Assembly (NCBI GenBank): GCA_964016885.1
Contig: OZ024741.1
Location: 219,728,001 to 219,792,000 of the forward strand
Length of the DNA stretch: 64,000 nucleotides
Reading direction: 5' to 3'
DNA from: Eledone cirrhosa
Lineage: Eukaryota
A model generated the notes under the pieces. That model had not been told where the DNA came from. It made no database searches and saw nothing but the letters and a program-made list of their open reading frames with translations. Both the position numbers and the translations under genes were made by a program. Of this stretch, positions 37,134 to 50,877 are shown piece by piece (position 1 is the stretch's first letter; every line of letters begins with the position of its first letter).

Positions 37134-39516
37134 CTGGAGGCGAACTTGATGGCGACCAACCTAAGGTTTAGGAAGAATCTGGGGAAGATGTGGACCTACA
37201 TCTCAGATATGCACCTGTCCAAGTCCCAGATTGATTTCATTCTGGTGAGGAAAAAGTGGCGGAATAGTGTTCTGAACACGGAACGATACAGCTATTTCAG
37301 TACACTGGGTAGTGACCACCGGCTTGTTATGAGTGAGGTCCGCGTGAGCTTAAGAAAGAGCAAGGCTCAGCCCCGGAGAACAATCTATGACTGGGGAGCT
37401 TTCAAGGAAGATGATAAGCTACAGGAGAGGTTCACAGTGGAAGTGAGAAACAGGTTTAGTGCTCTGTGTGGAGAGTCAGAGGAGAGAGAGATTGGATGGA
37501 CTGAGGAGAGTGTGACGAGGATGTACGGGCACTTCACCAATGCAGTGGCGAAAGCAAGTGAAACCCTGGTGCCGAGGAAAAAGAACAAAGGGAAGCACGT
37601 CAGCTCTGCAAACCCAAAAGTGTGTGCAGCCAGAGAACACCTGAAAGCTGCCAGGGACCAATTCTATGCTGATCCTACGGAGGAGAGGATGGAGACTGTG
37701 GAGGTGATGAGGGAAGAGCTCTGTACCGCTTACACTGAGGTCAGAGAGGAGGCACTGATAGAGAAGATCAGAAGTGTGGAGAGAGCGGTTGACAGATCTG
37801 GATGTAAGGAGAGCTGGATGATCATCAACGAGATCACAGGGAGGAAGAAAAGGTGTTCGAGTCAGATCCAGGGAACGGGGCCCGAGGATAGGAAGAGGAA
37901 ATGGCTAGACCATTTTAGGACCCTACTAGGAGAGCCACCCTCCACAGCCCAGAGCACTGGGGAGATCAGGCGGCTGTTTGAGGAACTGGATGTTGAGACA
38001 GAGCCCTTCACCAGAGAGGAGCTTCAGAGAGCCAAGAAGAAGATCAAGGAGGGCAAGGCTCATGGAGAAGATGGAGTGGCATCAGAGGTGATGAAGAGGT
38101 GTGATTTTGATGATGTCATCCTGGGGTTCTGTAACGGGGCTCTGGAGAGAGGAATTGCCCCGAATCAGTGGAGGATCAGTAACATCGTCCCAGTGCCAAA
38201 GAAGGGAGATCTCTCTAACACCAACAACTACCGGGGGATCTCACTGACGTCACTTGTGGAAAAGACCCTCAACAGGATGATTCTTAACAGGATCCAGCCT
38301 GAGATGGAGAAGAAGCTCAGGGACAACCAGAACGGCTTCAGAGAGGGTAGATCAACCACCAGTCACATCCTGATGCTGAGGAGGATATTAGAGGGAGCTA
38401 GAGCAAAGTGCCTTCCTGCGGTCATGGTTTTCATTGACTTTAGGAAGGCCTTTGATTCTGTGGACCGTTACTGCCTGATGAAGATCTTACAGGCTTATGG
38501 AATCCCCAAGAGGATAGTGGACCTGATATCACTGCTCTACACCAACACCAAAGCCCAAGTCATTACACCTGATGGGATGACAGAGTTCTTTGAGATACTG
38601 GCTGGAGTGCTCCAGGGAGATACATTGGCTCCCTACCTTTTTGTCATCGTAGTGGACTATTGTATGCGCCTTGCACTGGAGAAACACCAGGACTCTGGCT
38701 TTACTGTAGCACCGGCTCAGAGTTGGGGCGAAAAAGGTATCGGATGCTGAATTTGCCGACGACATAGTTTTGGTGACAAATACAGTGAAGGAGACAGAGG
38801 ATTTGATGCGGGAGGTTGAGACTGTGTCGATGAGTGTGGGGCTGAGAATGAATGAGACTAAAACAAAATATCTGGTAGAGAATGTTGAGAAGCCAGAGGG
38901 GATCACTAATGTAGGCGGGAAGCCGCTGGAATTGGTTGAGGACTTCCTGCATTTGGGAGCGAAGATTGGGAATACGGAGGATGATGTGGTTGAGAGGAAG
39001 AGCAAGGCCTGGGCGGCGTGCCACAGCTTGAGATCGGTGTGGAAGTCGGACCTTCGTAGAGACCTGAAAATCCGCCTCTTCATTGCTGTGGTGGAGTCTG
39101 TGCTGCTGTATGGGTCTAAGACTTGGACACTGACCAAGAAACTCACTCAGATGGTGGATGGATGCTACACGAGAATGCTGAGGATGGCTCTGAACATTAA
39201 TCAGTATACACTGAGGATGAAAAACTCAGAGCTGTATGGGAGCATCCCAAAAGTCAGCTCAAAAGTGACACAGAGAAGACTGAGGTTGGCTGGACATGCT
39301 CACCGACATCCAGAGTTGACATTGCACTCAGTGCTCCTTTGGGAGCCCCTACATGGACACACTAGAAGAGGAAGACCAAGGTTAACATATGTTGATGCCC
39401 TAAGGACAGACACTGGTCTGTTGGAGATGCAGGATATGGCAGCGATAATGAGGGACAGAGACCACTGGAGAGAAATCGTCCATGGATCTCGGGAATTTTA
39501 CCCGCCTTAGATAGAT
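37132..39516 (+). mobile_element. 5'-truncated RTE-clade LINE (one frameshift ~8 codons before FADD) in (TA)n
   Basis: QIDFILV..SDHRLV endonuclease end; NYRGISL, QNGFR, FIDFRKAFD, GVLQGDTLAP, FADD; short taga tail. Confidence 0.92.
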
Positions 39517-39802
39517 ATATATATTTATTAAAATAACAGATTAAAGTTTAAGCAAAGAATCGCTGCTTTCACCCTTAACGGATCTTCTGAAACTTTTCGA
39601 GCCCCCTTTGGATTTTAGTCTTCAAATTTATTATTATTACTATATATATATAGTAATAATAATAAAATATATGAATATGTATATAATTATTCATATACAT
39701 GCATAAATGGCCAACCAGAGAAGGGTGGCTCTGGAAAGTGTAGCATCAATGGTGGTGCACCAGCATGGCCTCAGACTTTCTGCTGGAACACGGAATAGAG
39801 TA

Positions 39803-39864
<62 letters not shown>

Positions 39865-39867
<3 letters not shown>

Positions 39868-40080
39868 TTGGGATTGGTGCTCTGAAATAGCAATGTATAC
39901 ATGAATGTATGTATAGTATATGTGGCAATATACCGTATGTTTAATTAAAAACATTTAGAAGACCTTACGCTATTAGTTTTAAAGTAGTGACTATTCCACT
40001 TACTTCTTTTCGGTGAAAGAAGGGAGAGAGGTTGACAGTTTGTTTCACGCTGATTGGCGTTCATCAGAATCACGCACTCC

Positions 40081-40082
<2 letters not shown>
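39865..40082 (-). ncRNA. Diverged solo relative of the 310-bp unit with hammerhead (40030-40071)
   Basis: Shares tgctctgaaatagc and aaacattt.gaagacct..cgctat boxes; gatt-CTGATGA-acgc caatca gcgt-GAAA-caaact-GTC|aacc. Confidence 0.7.
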
Positions 40083-40124
<42 letters not shown>

Positions 40125-40126
40125 TA

Positions 40127-40466
40127 TATTAACAAATGGAAACTATATTTATTTCATTATACATATTTCAAGGACACCAAGTTAAACTATGTTGTGCTTT
40201 CATCAGATAAAATATAATATAGAGCAGTTTTATAAATAAATATTGACATACCCTTAAAGAATGCAACCATTACTGTCTGTTGTAAGCTCCCGGGAGCTTC
40301 CAACTGTAATGGTTGCATTCTTTAAGGGTATGTCAATATTTATTTATAAAACTGCTCTATATTATATTTTATCTGATGAAAGCACAACATAGTTTAACTT
40401 GGTGTCCTTGAAATATGTATAATGAAATAAATATGGTTTTATAAATATAGTTTCCATTTGTTAATA
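40127..40466. repeat. Near-perfect palindrome carrying two hammerheads (40150-40214 minus, 40365-40429 plus)
   Basis: Arms mirror around ~40290; tattttat-CTGATGA-aagcac..gtgtcctt-GAAA-tatgt-ATA|atgaaata. Confidence 0.85.
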
Positions 40467-40556
40467 TCGTATTTTTACTCTAATTATTTGTTGAGTGCTT
40501 TATATCAGTTTTAAAAATATTTGCTTGTTGCATCCCAATAATTTAAATAGAACTTT

Positions 40557-40621
<65 letters not shown>

Positions 40622-40891
40622 ACTTTCATAGGTTTCAGCCAATATTTAACCAGGCAGTGTCTAACTTAATAGCACCACCTGGCGAAGTTTCAAATCACCA
40701 TTTGGACAACATGGCCCTCTCAAGTAGAGAGCTACCGTTTACGGAGACATATTCAGGTGTAGGACGTTTATCCGGGATTTCTTGGAGATATTTGCCCCCA
40801 AAGCAATGTTTGCTTGCCTTTCATCCTTACGGTATCGATAAAACAAAGTAGTAGAGAGTACCACAAATCAAAATATCAACGAGGTACTTAC

Positions 40892-40996
40892 TTGCGATCT
40901 TTTCCCCACACCTATATCCAGCAAAGCCTTTAGAACAAGTACATCTATCCGGAGTGAGGCAGATACCACCATTCATACATGGAGGTTCGCACACAG
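40892..40996 (-). CDS. Host gene exon B (105 nt): EGF-like domain [35 protein letters not shown]
   Basis: Six-Cys EGF spacing; ccag acceptor and gtaag donor; phase 1-1 as typical of EGF exons. Confidence 0.92.
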
Positions 40997-41103
40997 CTGG
41001 ATAAAAGATAGCCAGAGTGTCATCAGTAAGAGAAAAATTAGGAAAAGAAGAGAAGAAAAAACCTTTGTATTCAGTCAGGTATTTTGGAGTATATATATGT
41101 ATA

Positions 41104-41159
<56 letters not shown>

Positions 41160-41177
41160 TATATATATATATATATA

Positions 41178-41215
<38 letters not shown>

Positions 41216-41603
41216 GGAAAAATTTGAACAGGGACAAAACAGAGAGGCAGTACAACGAATGTTTATTAATTTCACGCTCTGGAGAGTGGGGTGTTGGTGG
41301 GGGACAGGCAGAGACGGGGAAGGGAAAATGAAACAGAAAAACGTAGGGAGGGGGGGAGTAAACACAGGAAAATTAAAGACAAAAAATCATAAAAGTAAAA
41401 ACACGGGCAACATATATATATATATATATACACACACACGCACACATATATATATATGTTTATTTATTAAAATAACAGATTAAAGTTTAAGCAAAGAATC
41501 GCTGCTTTCACCCTTAGCGGGGTCTTCTGAAACAAATATATTTGATATATATTTATCATTATCGAACTCTCTTTTGATTTTAGTATTCGCATTTATTATT
41601 ATG

Positions 41604-41678
<75 letters not shown>

Positions 41679-41959
41679 ATGTATATATATATATTTATAT
41701 AACGAAGGAAATGTGGTAAGGAACCAGGTGGACCATAACGCACCAAAGTACTCAATACTTAAGGTAGTAGAGTGGGTAATAGGAACCAGTAAGACCCCGA
41801 CGGCTGAGCTCAAGCCGTTTCGACGGCTAATTCTGGACTAAAAAAAAAGAAAAAAAAAAATGAAATTTTTTTTTTAGTCCAGAATTAGCCGTCGAAACGG
41901 CTTGAGCTCAGTCGTCGGGGTCTTACTGGTTCCTATATATATATATATATACATTCTTC

Positions 41960-42808
41960 TTCGGCCGAGTTTACACTCGCAAAGATTCAGCTCACTCTCT
42001 CTAATCGTCCTGGTCGAGCATGACATTTCTAAGTTTATCAATGTTATCAATCTTTCAGCAGGGTATCAATGAATGAGACGGCCTGTCTTCCCATGCTTCT
42101 TCGTCTGACCGCCGGTTTCCAGAGCACAAGTTGTGATGCTATCTCTTCTGGATGACAGAGGCAGTGTCCGGATAGTTTCATTCGTCTGCAGGCAACTTTT
42201 TTTGAGACTGGTGGTAGTGATCTGCATACTTCCTTATTTGTCAGCTTCTGTTTCCAACAAATGTTGAGAGCCATTCTCAGCATTCTCGTGTAACATCCGT
42301 CAAGTCTCTTAAATAGCACTTTGTCAATAGTCCACGTTTCACTGCCGTAAAGCAGGATGGATTCAACAGTTGCTAGGAAGAGGCGCTCCTTGATTTTGTG
42401 GTTTAGCTGTGCATCCATGCACCAAGAAACTTAAAGTTCTCAACTGTTTTGATTGTTGTACCGTCCTTAGCAAGAACTGGAGCTGGATCAACCTTATTGT
42501 AGTGCATGATTTCGGTCTTCTTTGCATTGAGATGCAGTCCTATTTTGCCTGATTCAACCACGATACGTGTGAGCAGTGCTTGAGCTTGGCTGATTTCCTC
42601 TGTGATCAAGGGAATGTCATCGGCGAAGTCTGCATCAGTGACAACTTTTGGATGGTGACAACAACTCCTTCGATCCAATGTGAAACCCAACTTTTCTTCC
42701 TTCCCATGTCTCATTGTATGATCGAGGACAATTGCAAATAGGAAGGATACAAGCGTATCACCTTGGAGATCACCTGCGAGAATCCGGTGTCAATACTCGA
42801 GCTCGAGT
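41960..42808 (-). mobile_element. RTE-clade LINE 3' fragment
   Basis: DADFADD, LHLNAKKTE, ESILLYGSETWT, DGCYTRMLRMALN. Confidence 0.88.
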
Positions 42809-42837
42809 AAACACACACACACACACATACATACACA

Positions 42838-42904
<67 letters not shown>

Positions 42905-43115
42905 ACACACAAATATATATATCAGAAAATGAGTTTTTTTTTTAAATGAAAAAAAAAAAACGGGATGTCCTACTCGAGTGAAAGTATAAGCAAAACAGAT
43001 GAAATCGAAAATGCAGCTGGAGTCTTTTTAAGAATATTTATTTGTTTCCTTTACCGGTTTCACAGTTCTCATGCTTTTCAAAAGTAGAATTGAGATGGAG
43101 GGTTTGTGGTTTTCT

Positions 43116-43153
<38 letters not shown>

Positions 43154-43494
43154 ATATAAAAAAAATGGAAACTATATTTACAAAACCATATTTATTTATT
43201 ATACATATTTCAAGGGCAACCAAGGCAAATTAAGGTGCGCTTTCATCATATAAAATACAGATTTGTTTTATAAATAAATATTGACATACCCGGAAAAAAG
43301 ACAACCTTAACGTCAACTAAACTGTTGAGTGCTTTATAACAGTTATAAAAAATGTTTAAGCTTGTTGAATCCCAACAAATTAAATATAACCTCTGCATAT
43401 ATATATATTTTTTTGAAAAGGAATTTAATTATCGTTATTGCCAAGAATTAAGACACAGTCTTCGGTGAAAATACAGATGATATGAAAAACTTAC

Positions 43495-43556
43495 GTTTTA
43501 AACATTTGTCTCCTCCCCAGCCATCACAGCATTGCTTTGTTTCTTTACTGACTCTC
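43495..43556 (-). CDS. Host gene exon A (62 nt): Cys-rich/EMI-like C-terminal segment RVSKETKQCCDGWGGDKCLK
   Basis: Minus strand cttcttcgcag|GAGAGTC...TTAAAAC|gtaag; phase 2 to phase 1; joins exon B in frame (C+CT=Pro). Absent from the ORF track. Confidence 0.85.
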
Positions 43557-43577
43557 CTGCGAAGAAGATAATGAAAA

Positions 43578-43642
<65 letters not shown>

Positions 43643-43715
43643 TTATATTTATATATATAATATATATTTAAAAGAATGGAGGTGTAACACACGAGTTGTG
43701 ATATATTAGTAAAAG

Positions 43716-44085
43716 GAAAAGAAAATGCTGACGAATTTTTCCCAGTGAAAAATAGTTTAATTAGGAATAAGTAAAAGTTAGTAATAATATTGGTTAGTAT
43801 TCAGTTTTAGTTTTAAGTTTTTACCGGTTGCGCATTTCTAATGCTTTTCAAAAATAATTTTGAGATAGAGCGCCCGTGATGTTTGCTCTAATCAGATTAG
43901 AGCAAACATCACGGATGCTCTATCTCAAAATTATTTTTGAAAAGCATTAGAAATGCGCAACCGGTAAAAACTTAAAACTAAAACTGAATACTAACCAATA
44001 TTATTACTAACTTTTACTTATTCCTAATTAAACTATTTTTCAATGGGAACAATTTGTCAGCATTTTCTTTTCCTTTTACTAATAT
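43716..44085. repeat. Near-perfect ~370-bp palindrome with HHR-like motif on each arm
   Basis: Centre ctctaatc a gattagag at ~43893; ttt-TTGAAAA-gcatt aga aatgc-GCAA-ccgg-TA|aaa at ~43934-43970. Confidence 0.8.
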
Positions 44086-44538
44086 ATATAAATGAAAGTA
44101 CAGTATATTCGAAGTTCGGGCACCACCTAAGCCAACGAATGCCTTCAGCAATGCAGCCAAGCACTCGACAAGGTATAGACCTCAGAGTAATAACATACAG
44201 TTTAAAAGGCTTTGCAAATTGAAGATAGCGACCGCTAATTCAGCTGCGTGATCTGTAGCAACGAAAGAACTGACTAGTACGAGAAAAAATACATACACAT
44301 ACATATATATATATGTATATATATATACATACATATATCTGTATATATAACAAACCTGGACCATCACTTCGAAATTATTGAATATATAAGTGAGGTTTCT
44401 GTAAATCCGAAATCAACAAAATCTGATTGTGGTGTATACAAGTTAGGTTTCTGGAAGAGCGAACAGAGGACTTACGTTCTCAACAGGCTTTCGTTCTAAC
44501 CCAAATCCGGGTGTGATAGCACATGTTACTCCAAAGGC

Positions 44539-44619
<81 letters not shown>

Positions 44620-44710
44620 TTATTTCCGTAGGAAAGATAAAGGAAAGGAGAGTGCCCTATGTAAGCTACAGAGCTATTTAGTTATGTAATAAACAACATA
44701 AGAGAATTAT

Positions 44711-44781
44711 TCCATTTACCAAAGGTTTCACGAAGACAGACGAGCTCAACACAGACGTCTGAAATCGCTCATCAGAATGAA
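44711..44781 (-). ncRNA. Hammerhead ribozyme, intact core (relative at 46361-46430 has GAGA)
   Basis: ttcatt-CTGATGA-gcga...tcgt-GAAA-cc ttt g-GTA|aatgga. Confidence 0.8.
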
Positions 44782-45370
44782 AATTAAAATTTAATACGAA
44801 AAATTAAAATGGAATAATTGTCTTATGTTGTTTGTTACATAACTAATATATATGTATATATATATATATATATATACTACCAGAATTAGATTAAAGATGC
44901 CATGTCTGAAAAGCATACCCCATACCACCCGTGGAAAAAGCTCAAAGATTCCAAGTAATAAATCCGAGCATTCAGATTAAATTAAATGTCGATTGACATA
45001 TATATAAAATAAACACATCAAACAATTACAGGGGATAATTTATAACTAGTGCAAACACACCGAGTTACTTACTTAGGTAACATTAAAGATTAACAAGAAC
45101 CCTTCCTCATTATAAATTATCTCCTGTAATTGTTTGATGTGTTTATTTTATATATATATGTCAATCGACTTTTAATTTAATGTATATATATATATTTGGG
45201 GAGGGTCATATTGTATATATTGCCAGAAATAATAATAAAACACAATCACTTTTTGGTTTGGATTGGTTTTCGCTTCTGTATCTTTTATATCTCCATAGTC
45301 AATTTATCTGGCAATCAATATTTACCATTGTGTGGCCAACGGTTAAAAATACAGACATAAATATATATAC

Positions 45371-45441
<71 letters not shown>

Positions 45442-45837
45442 ATCAAAGTTCTTTCGTCATACATCTGTGACACGAGAAAAACGAATGGAATCACAACAAC
45501 CATACCCAAACACACAATACGGGAAATATGAATAAATAAGTAAATATATACACAAACACACATAATTGTTTCTACTTTAGGCACAAGGCCAGCAATTACC
45601 AGTGCATTACTGGTACTTTATTTTATCGACCCCGTAAGGATGAAAGGCAAGGTCAACCTCGGCGGGATTTGAACTCAGATGGTAAAGGGACGTAAACACA
45701 CATAATAACAACAAACACACATAAACACAAACTAGTGAACAAAGATAGAATACAAAAAAAAAAGACTCAAACACGAACACATACACCAAAGAGAAAACGC
45801 ACAGGCAAACGCATGCGCAAACAGAGACAGAGAGGAA

Positions 45838-45888
<51 letters not shown>

Positions 45889-45935
45889 AATAAAATGGCG
45901 TAGACGTTACAATACAACGGAAGGAAACATAATAG

Positions 45936-45979
45936 TACCACTGATGATGTCACAGATGTGTGATGAAAGAACTTTGATA
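45936..45979 (+). ncRNA. Minimal hammerhead motif
   Basis: tacca-CTGATGA-t-gtcac agatgt gtgat-GAAA-gaac-TT|tgata. Confidence 0.6.
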
Positions 45980-46212
45980 GACTATATATATTTATATCTG
46001 TATTTTTAACAGTTGGTCAATCAATGATAAACATTGATTGCCAGATAAATTAACTCTGGAGATATAAAAATAAAAGATGCAGAAGCGAAAACCAACCCAA
46101 ACCAAACAGTGAGTGAGTTTTATACTTATTTCTGGTAATATTATAACAATATGACCCTCTCCAAATATAACAATATTTGTTTCAACATACGATTTCATAT
46201 CGAAAACCTTGC

Positions 46213-46330
<118 letters not shown>

Positions 46331-46489
46331 ATTAGAAAGTGAACAACACAAAATTTAACTATTCCATTACCAAAGGTCTCTGGATCACAGACAATAATAA
46401 TATACGTCTGGATCGTTCGTCAGACAGAAATGTTATAGATAAAATATAGAGCACTCTTTTTTCCATTGCTTTTCCTTTGGAATTACCTA

Positions 46490-46532
<43 letters not shown>

Positions 46533-46589
46533 TATATATATATATATATATGCGTGTTTGTGTGTATATATGCACACACACACACACAT

Positions 46590-46630
<41 letters not shown>

Positions 46631-47121
46631 ACGAAGGAAATGTGGTAAGGAACCAGGTGGACCATAACGCACCAAAGTACTCAATACTTAGGGTAGTAGA
46701 GTGGGTAATTAGCCGTCGAAACGGTTTGAGCTCAGCCGTCGGGGTCTTACTTGTTCCTATTTGCTCTACGGTTCTTATATATTTGATATATATTTATCCT
46801 TATCGAGCCCTCTTTGGATTTTAGTCTTGTAATTTATTATTATTACTATATATATATATATATACACACACACATATATATATATATCAATAAAGTAATA
46901 CTAGGAATTAGATAAACTCATGTAATTGATTGACAAACGTTTCGATTAATACAGTAGGAATATTCATTCCTACTGAAGCTATTTAATAACATTAATATTT
47001 ACCGACACAAGTCCATCAGACAAGGAAATGTTCTTTGCATTTACATGGTTGAATTATCAACTCATCTAAACCCTTATATATATATATATATGTATATATA
47101 TGTGTGTGTGTGCGTGTGTGT

Positions 47122-47530
47122 GTATAGAAATTTCGTATTTCTAAAGAAATACTGTTTTAGGAAGCCGTAGCTATGCAAACACCGCCTCTGATGGTGTCCA
47201 GCAGAAGCAAGGAGGACAACCGTCTGTGCATTTCAGGCTTGACTGGCCTTCGTTAGGACGGTCCCTCCCACCGCTTGCAACTGCTGGACTTGAAAACAGT
47301 CAAGAATATATACTTTTCTCGTCTGTGTAAATGAGGTGATTAATCTCATTTGCATATGAAGCTGCATAAGTTGGCTCAACTTATAATAGAAAAGAAATAA
47401 GATTGCGCTTCAAGCATAGCTTTATACAATATGTATAGAAATTTCGTATTTCTAAAGAAATACAGTTTTAGGAAGCCGTAGCTATGCAAACACCGAGGCA
47501 AACACCCTCTGTGGTGTCCAGCAGAAGCAA
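47122..47530 (-). repeat. HHR-bearing repeat family 3: 311-bp period, about 1.3 units; decayed HHR 47219-47262
   Basis: gtatagaaatttcgtatttc at 47122 and 47433; ACCGTC-CTAACGA-aggc..gcct-GAAA-tgca-CA|GACGGT; octamer atttgcat 47348-47355. Confidence 0.72.
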
Positions 47531-47612
47531 ATATATATATATATAAAACTCAATATCAAATTATGGACTATACTATATTTATTCTAACTAGAGATTGTAT
47601 ATATTAATATAT

Positions 47613-47735
<123 letters not shown>

Positions 47736-47759
47736 ACTTTGATAACTTTGATACATTTC

Positions 47760-48320
47760 GGCCAGTATTGGCCCAGGCCATGTCTAACTTAATAGCACCA
47801 CCTGGCGAAGTCTTTCAAATCAGGATTTGGGCACCATGGCCTACTGAATTAGAGAATTATTGTCTACGGAGGCATAGCCGGATGTAGGAGGTTTATCCGG
47901 GATTTCTTGAAGGAATTTGTCCAAAGATTTCGTGAACTTGGTGGGGTCTGTTTCTGTTTTAATGTGTTTTGGTGTAATTTTAAAGAGAGCGGGGCCAATT
48001 GAGGTGAAATAATTGTGCCGTATTGTTGTTATGAGATGCGAGTGAGACTTTTGTCGTGGGCGGATAGTATGGGGTCCAGGCCTTGGGTGTACATTAAAGG
48101 TGATGCCAACATCATTCGGGCAAATCTGATGGAATATTTTCCACATCATGCAGATAATGTAGCGCTAACGGCGACGTTGGAGAGAAAAAACGTTGAGCTT
48201 TTCTAATCGACTCCAATAGTCAAGGCCTGTCATACTATCTATCGTTTTTGTAATTGATCTTTAGGGTGCTTCAACTTTCATGATACTTTGTTTCGTGTGG
48301 GGAGACCACAGTGGACGTTT
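47760..48320 (-). mobile_element. CR1-group LINE 3' fragment (related remnant 40620-40800)
   Basis: QRRRXRY..WKI..FTSIGPALF..LDKFLQEIPDKP..GY..NSL C-terminus. Confidence 0.7.
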
Positions 48321-48578
48321 CTATGTGTATGTGTGTATATATATATATTAGAAAGTGAGGTTTCTTTTACAAAATGAAAAAAAAACGAGGTGTCCTACAC
48401 GAGTGAAAGTATAAGGAAAAAAAATGAATTCGAAAATGCAACTTGAGTATTTAAAAAAAAATATATTTTTTAAAAAAGACTCCAGTTGCATTTTCGATTT
48501 CATCTTTTTCCTGATATATATATAGTTGGAAGTGATATTTTAGTAATTAAGTTAATTTTATAATTTTCTTATTTTACG

Positions 48579-48672
<94 letters not shown>

Positions 48673-48887
48673 GGTAACATGTTATCATTATAGGTAATTC
48701 AGTTAGCGGTTATGAGTACTCTGCGTCGTGGATAGTTTTAACGTACGGCTTTGTTTAACTCAACAAGTTTTTTTCATAGTAAGGCAGCGAGTTCGCGGTA
48801 ATTCCTATGTATGTTATACTTGGAGTAATAATAGTGAAAGAATGAAGAGTAGCATGGTTGGCTGTAGAGCAAGGGGCTTTATTTCAG

Positions 48888-48998
48888 GTATTGGCAGTTG
48901 TTTCATTGATCAGGTGAGTCTAGAGGCCGCTAATCGCTTGAAGTTGCGTCACTCGATCTCCATTACATTATTTACCTTTGACCAACTCCTCAGAGTAC
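48888..48998 (-). ncRNA. Decayed hammerhead with long stem II in PLE 3' UTR (paralogues ~2048-2159 and ~55475-55585)
   Basis: gtact-CTGAGGA-gttggtca...tgatcaat-GAAA-caactg-CC|aatac; sister copies end ..tgTC. Confidence 0.6.
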
Positions 48999-49185
48999 AA
49001 AAACAATTCACTCAGGCAAGATATATATAGAGAAATAGCGTATAACCAAAACATCGATAATAAAATATATATGATAAATAGGTAGAGAAGTTACAGATGT
49101 AAAAAGTAAAAAGTAAAAGATAAGAAAAATGATACAGTAAAAAAGTAAGAAAATGGACAAAATAATACAAATATAAAGAAATAAT

Positions 49186-49369
49186 TGTTTCTACTTTAGG
49201 CACAAGGCCAGCAAATACCCAGTGCATTACTGGTACTTTATTTTATCGACCCCGTAAGGATGAAAGGAAAAGTCAACCTCGGCGGGATTTGAACTCAGAT
49301 CGTAATGGGACGTAACTATGCTGGAAAGCATTGCGTCCGACCCTCCACCGATACTGCCAATCCTCCGCC
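49186..49369 (-). mobile_element. SINE with 18-bp target-site duplication
   Basis: caaatataaagaaataat at 49168-49185 and 49370-49387; empty site in the paralogue at 2328-2345. Confidence 0.9.
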
Positions 49370-50877
49370 CAAATATAAAGAAATAATGATAAGTGAGAGC
49401 ATGTAAGTACAGAATATGATAGTGGTGGTGGTGAGTAAGTGTTCGTATAAGGATTCTGTGGTGGGTTTAGTGCTAACATGAAAAGTCATATTCGAGACAT
49501 ACATAGATACGTGTAGAGAGTCTGAGGTCGTGACAGATAAAAGAAAAAGCAATACATTAGAGATTAATTGGGAGATACTAGTATGAGATTTAAGGGCTAA
49601 GGGTGGTTAGTGAACGGAGGTTTGACAAATGTGTGTGGTAAATGTTTTGCTGATTGTCTTGTCTTAATGGGGTTGATGCTGTTTCAGAGAGAGAGGGTGA
49701 AAGAGATGTTAAGAGATTTATGATCCAGTGACCAGTTGGCCATTTGACAGCTAATAGTGATGGTGTGTATTCCATGCGTTAAAATCCAGGTGGTTCAGTT
49801 CTAATTTTGGGATTGCTGGCTCGAATTATGGTTGTTTGAAATTTGTGAACTTGGTAGCTATTTGATGCCTACATAAAATTGATCTTTCTATTTTGCTGTT
49901 AAGCAGCATATTATCGTATCTTAAAATATGGAATAGATCCATATTACAAAGTCCGCAGTGGGACATCCCATTATTGTAGGCCGTTGCTTCCGATAATTTT
50001 GACCAGCTAATCCTATATTCCTGGTTTATGTTTTTAAGCTGCCAGATTTTATTGGCGAGCGTCGTAGTGTTCTCCAGTCCACGGTTCTTTATGGAGTGTC
50101 TGTGGACGTACCACATTTTTTGAACTCCCCAGCCGTGGAACCTATGTAGTGCCAAGTAGAATTGCCTGAGTTTACAGTACACAGGTACACCATACTCGAA
50201 TCCAGGCATCTATTTTGCAGTGGGCACTTATCCGGTAGGTCGTAGTTACAGTTGGGGGCTTTTCTGTGTGCAGGTTCTCCGTTGCGGTTTTGTATGTTGT
50301 TGTTTGTGGATTTAGGCCTATTAGTGTTTTGTTGTGATGCGCTCTGATGTGTTTGTGGTTGCGATGTTGTTATGTGTTTGGTGCTATGGTGTATGTTGGT
50401 AGGTTATTTTCTTTAGAGATATTTTTGTGGTTGATTTTACGTATGTGTGATTCTATGTTGGCTGCAGTAGAATAAGATCGCTTGATAGTTCTTCTATTAA
50501 TGATTCTTTGGTATTTGTGTAGTTTAGGGAAGTATTTGTCTATTAGCTTAAAGAATGTAGAAGGTAGTTTGGTTTTTATAGAGGAGTTGAATATTGGATT
50601 GAACCATAGGTATTTTCTATCTCTGGATCTTCTGTAGTTATTAGGGGTCCTTATATTAGTGTTCGGTTCAGTTATTTTTGGTGTTCGTTGTCTAATTCTA
50701 TGCTTAGTCCTATGCTTGTTATTTCTATAGGTGTAGTTAGTGTAGTTGTCGTTAGGTTTGTTGCTGCTGTCTATATCTGGTATGTATTCCAGCCACTCTT
50801 TATGTCCTGCCTTTTGTAAAGCTATGTTATAATAGTTTGCGTGTTCGTTAAAAATCTCTAGGCAGGATATTCTAAGG

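Noticed and set aside
41490-41533. CAGAAGA..GAAA motif on minus strand (also ~39550-39595)
   Set aside because: U4 changed, no NUH triplet and no stem I partner found.
45067-45126. Possible upstream exon with cag/gtaag ends
   Set aside because: Lies in a palindrome loop and arm, no Cys-rich homology, and its 3' end reads ..TAA.
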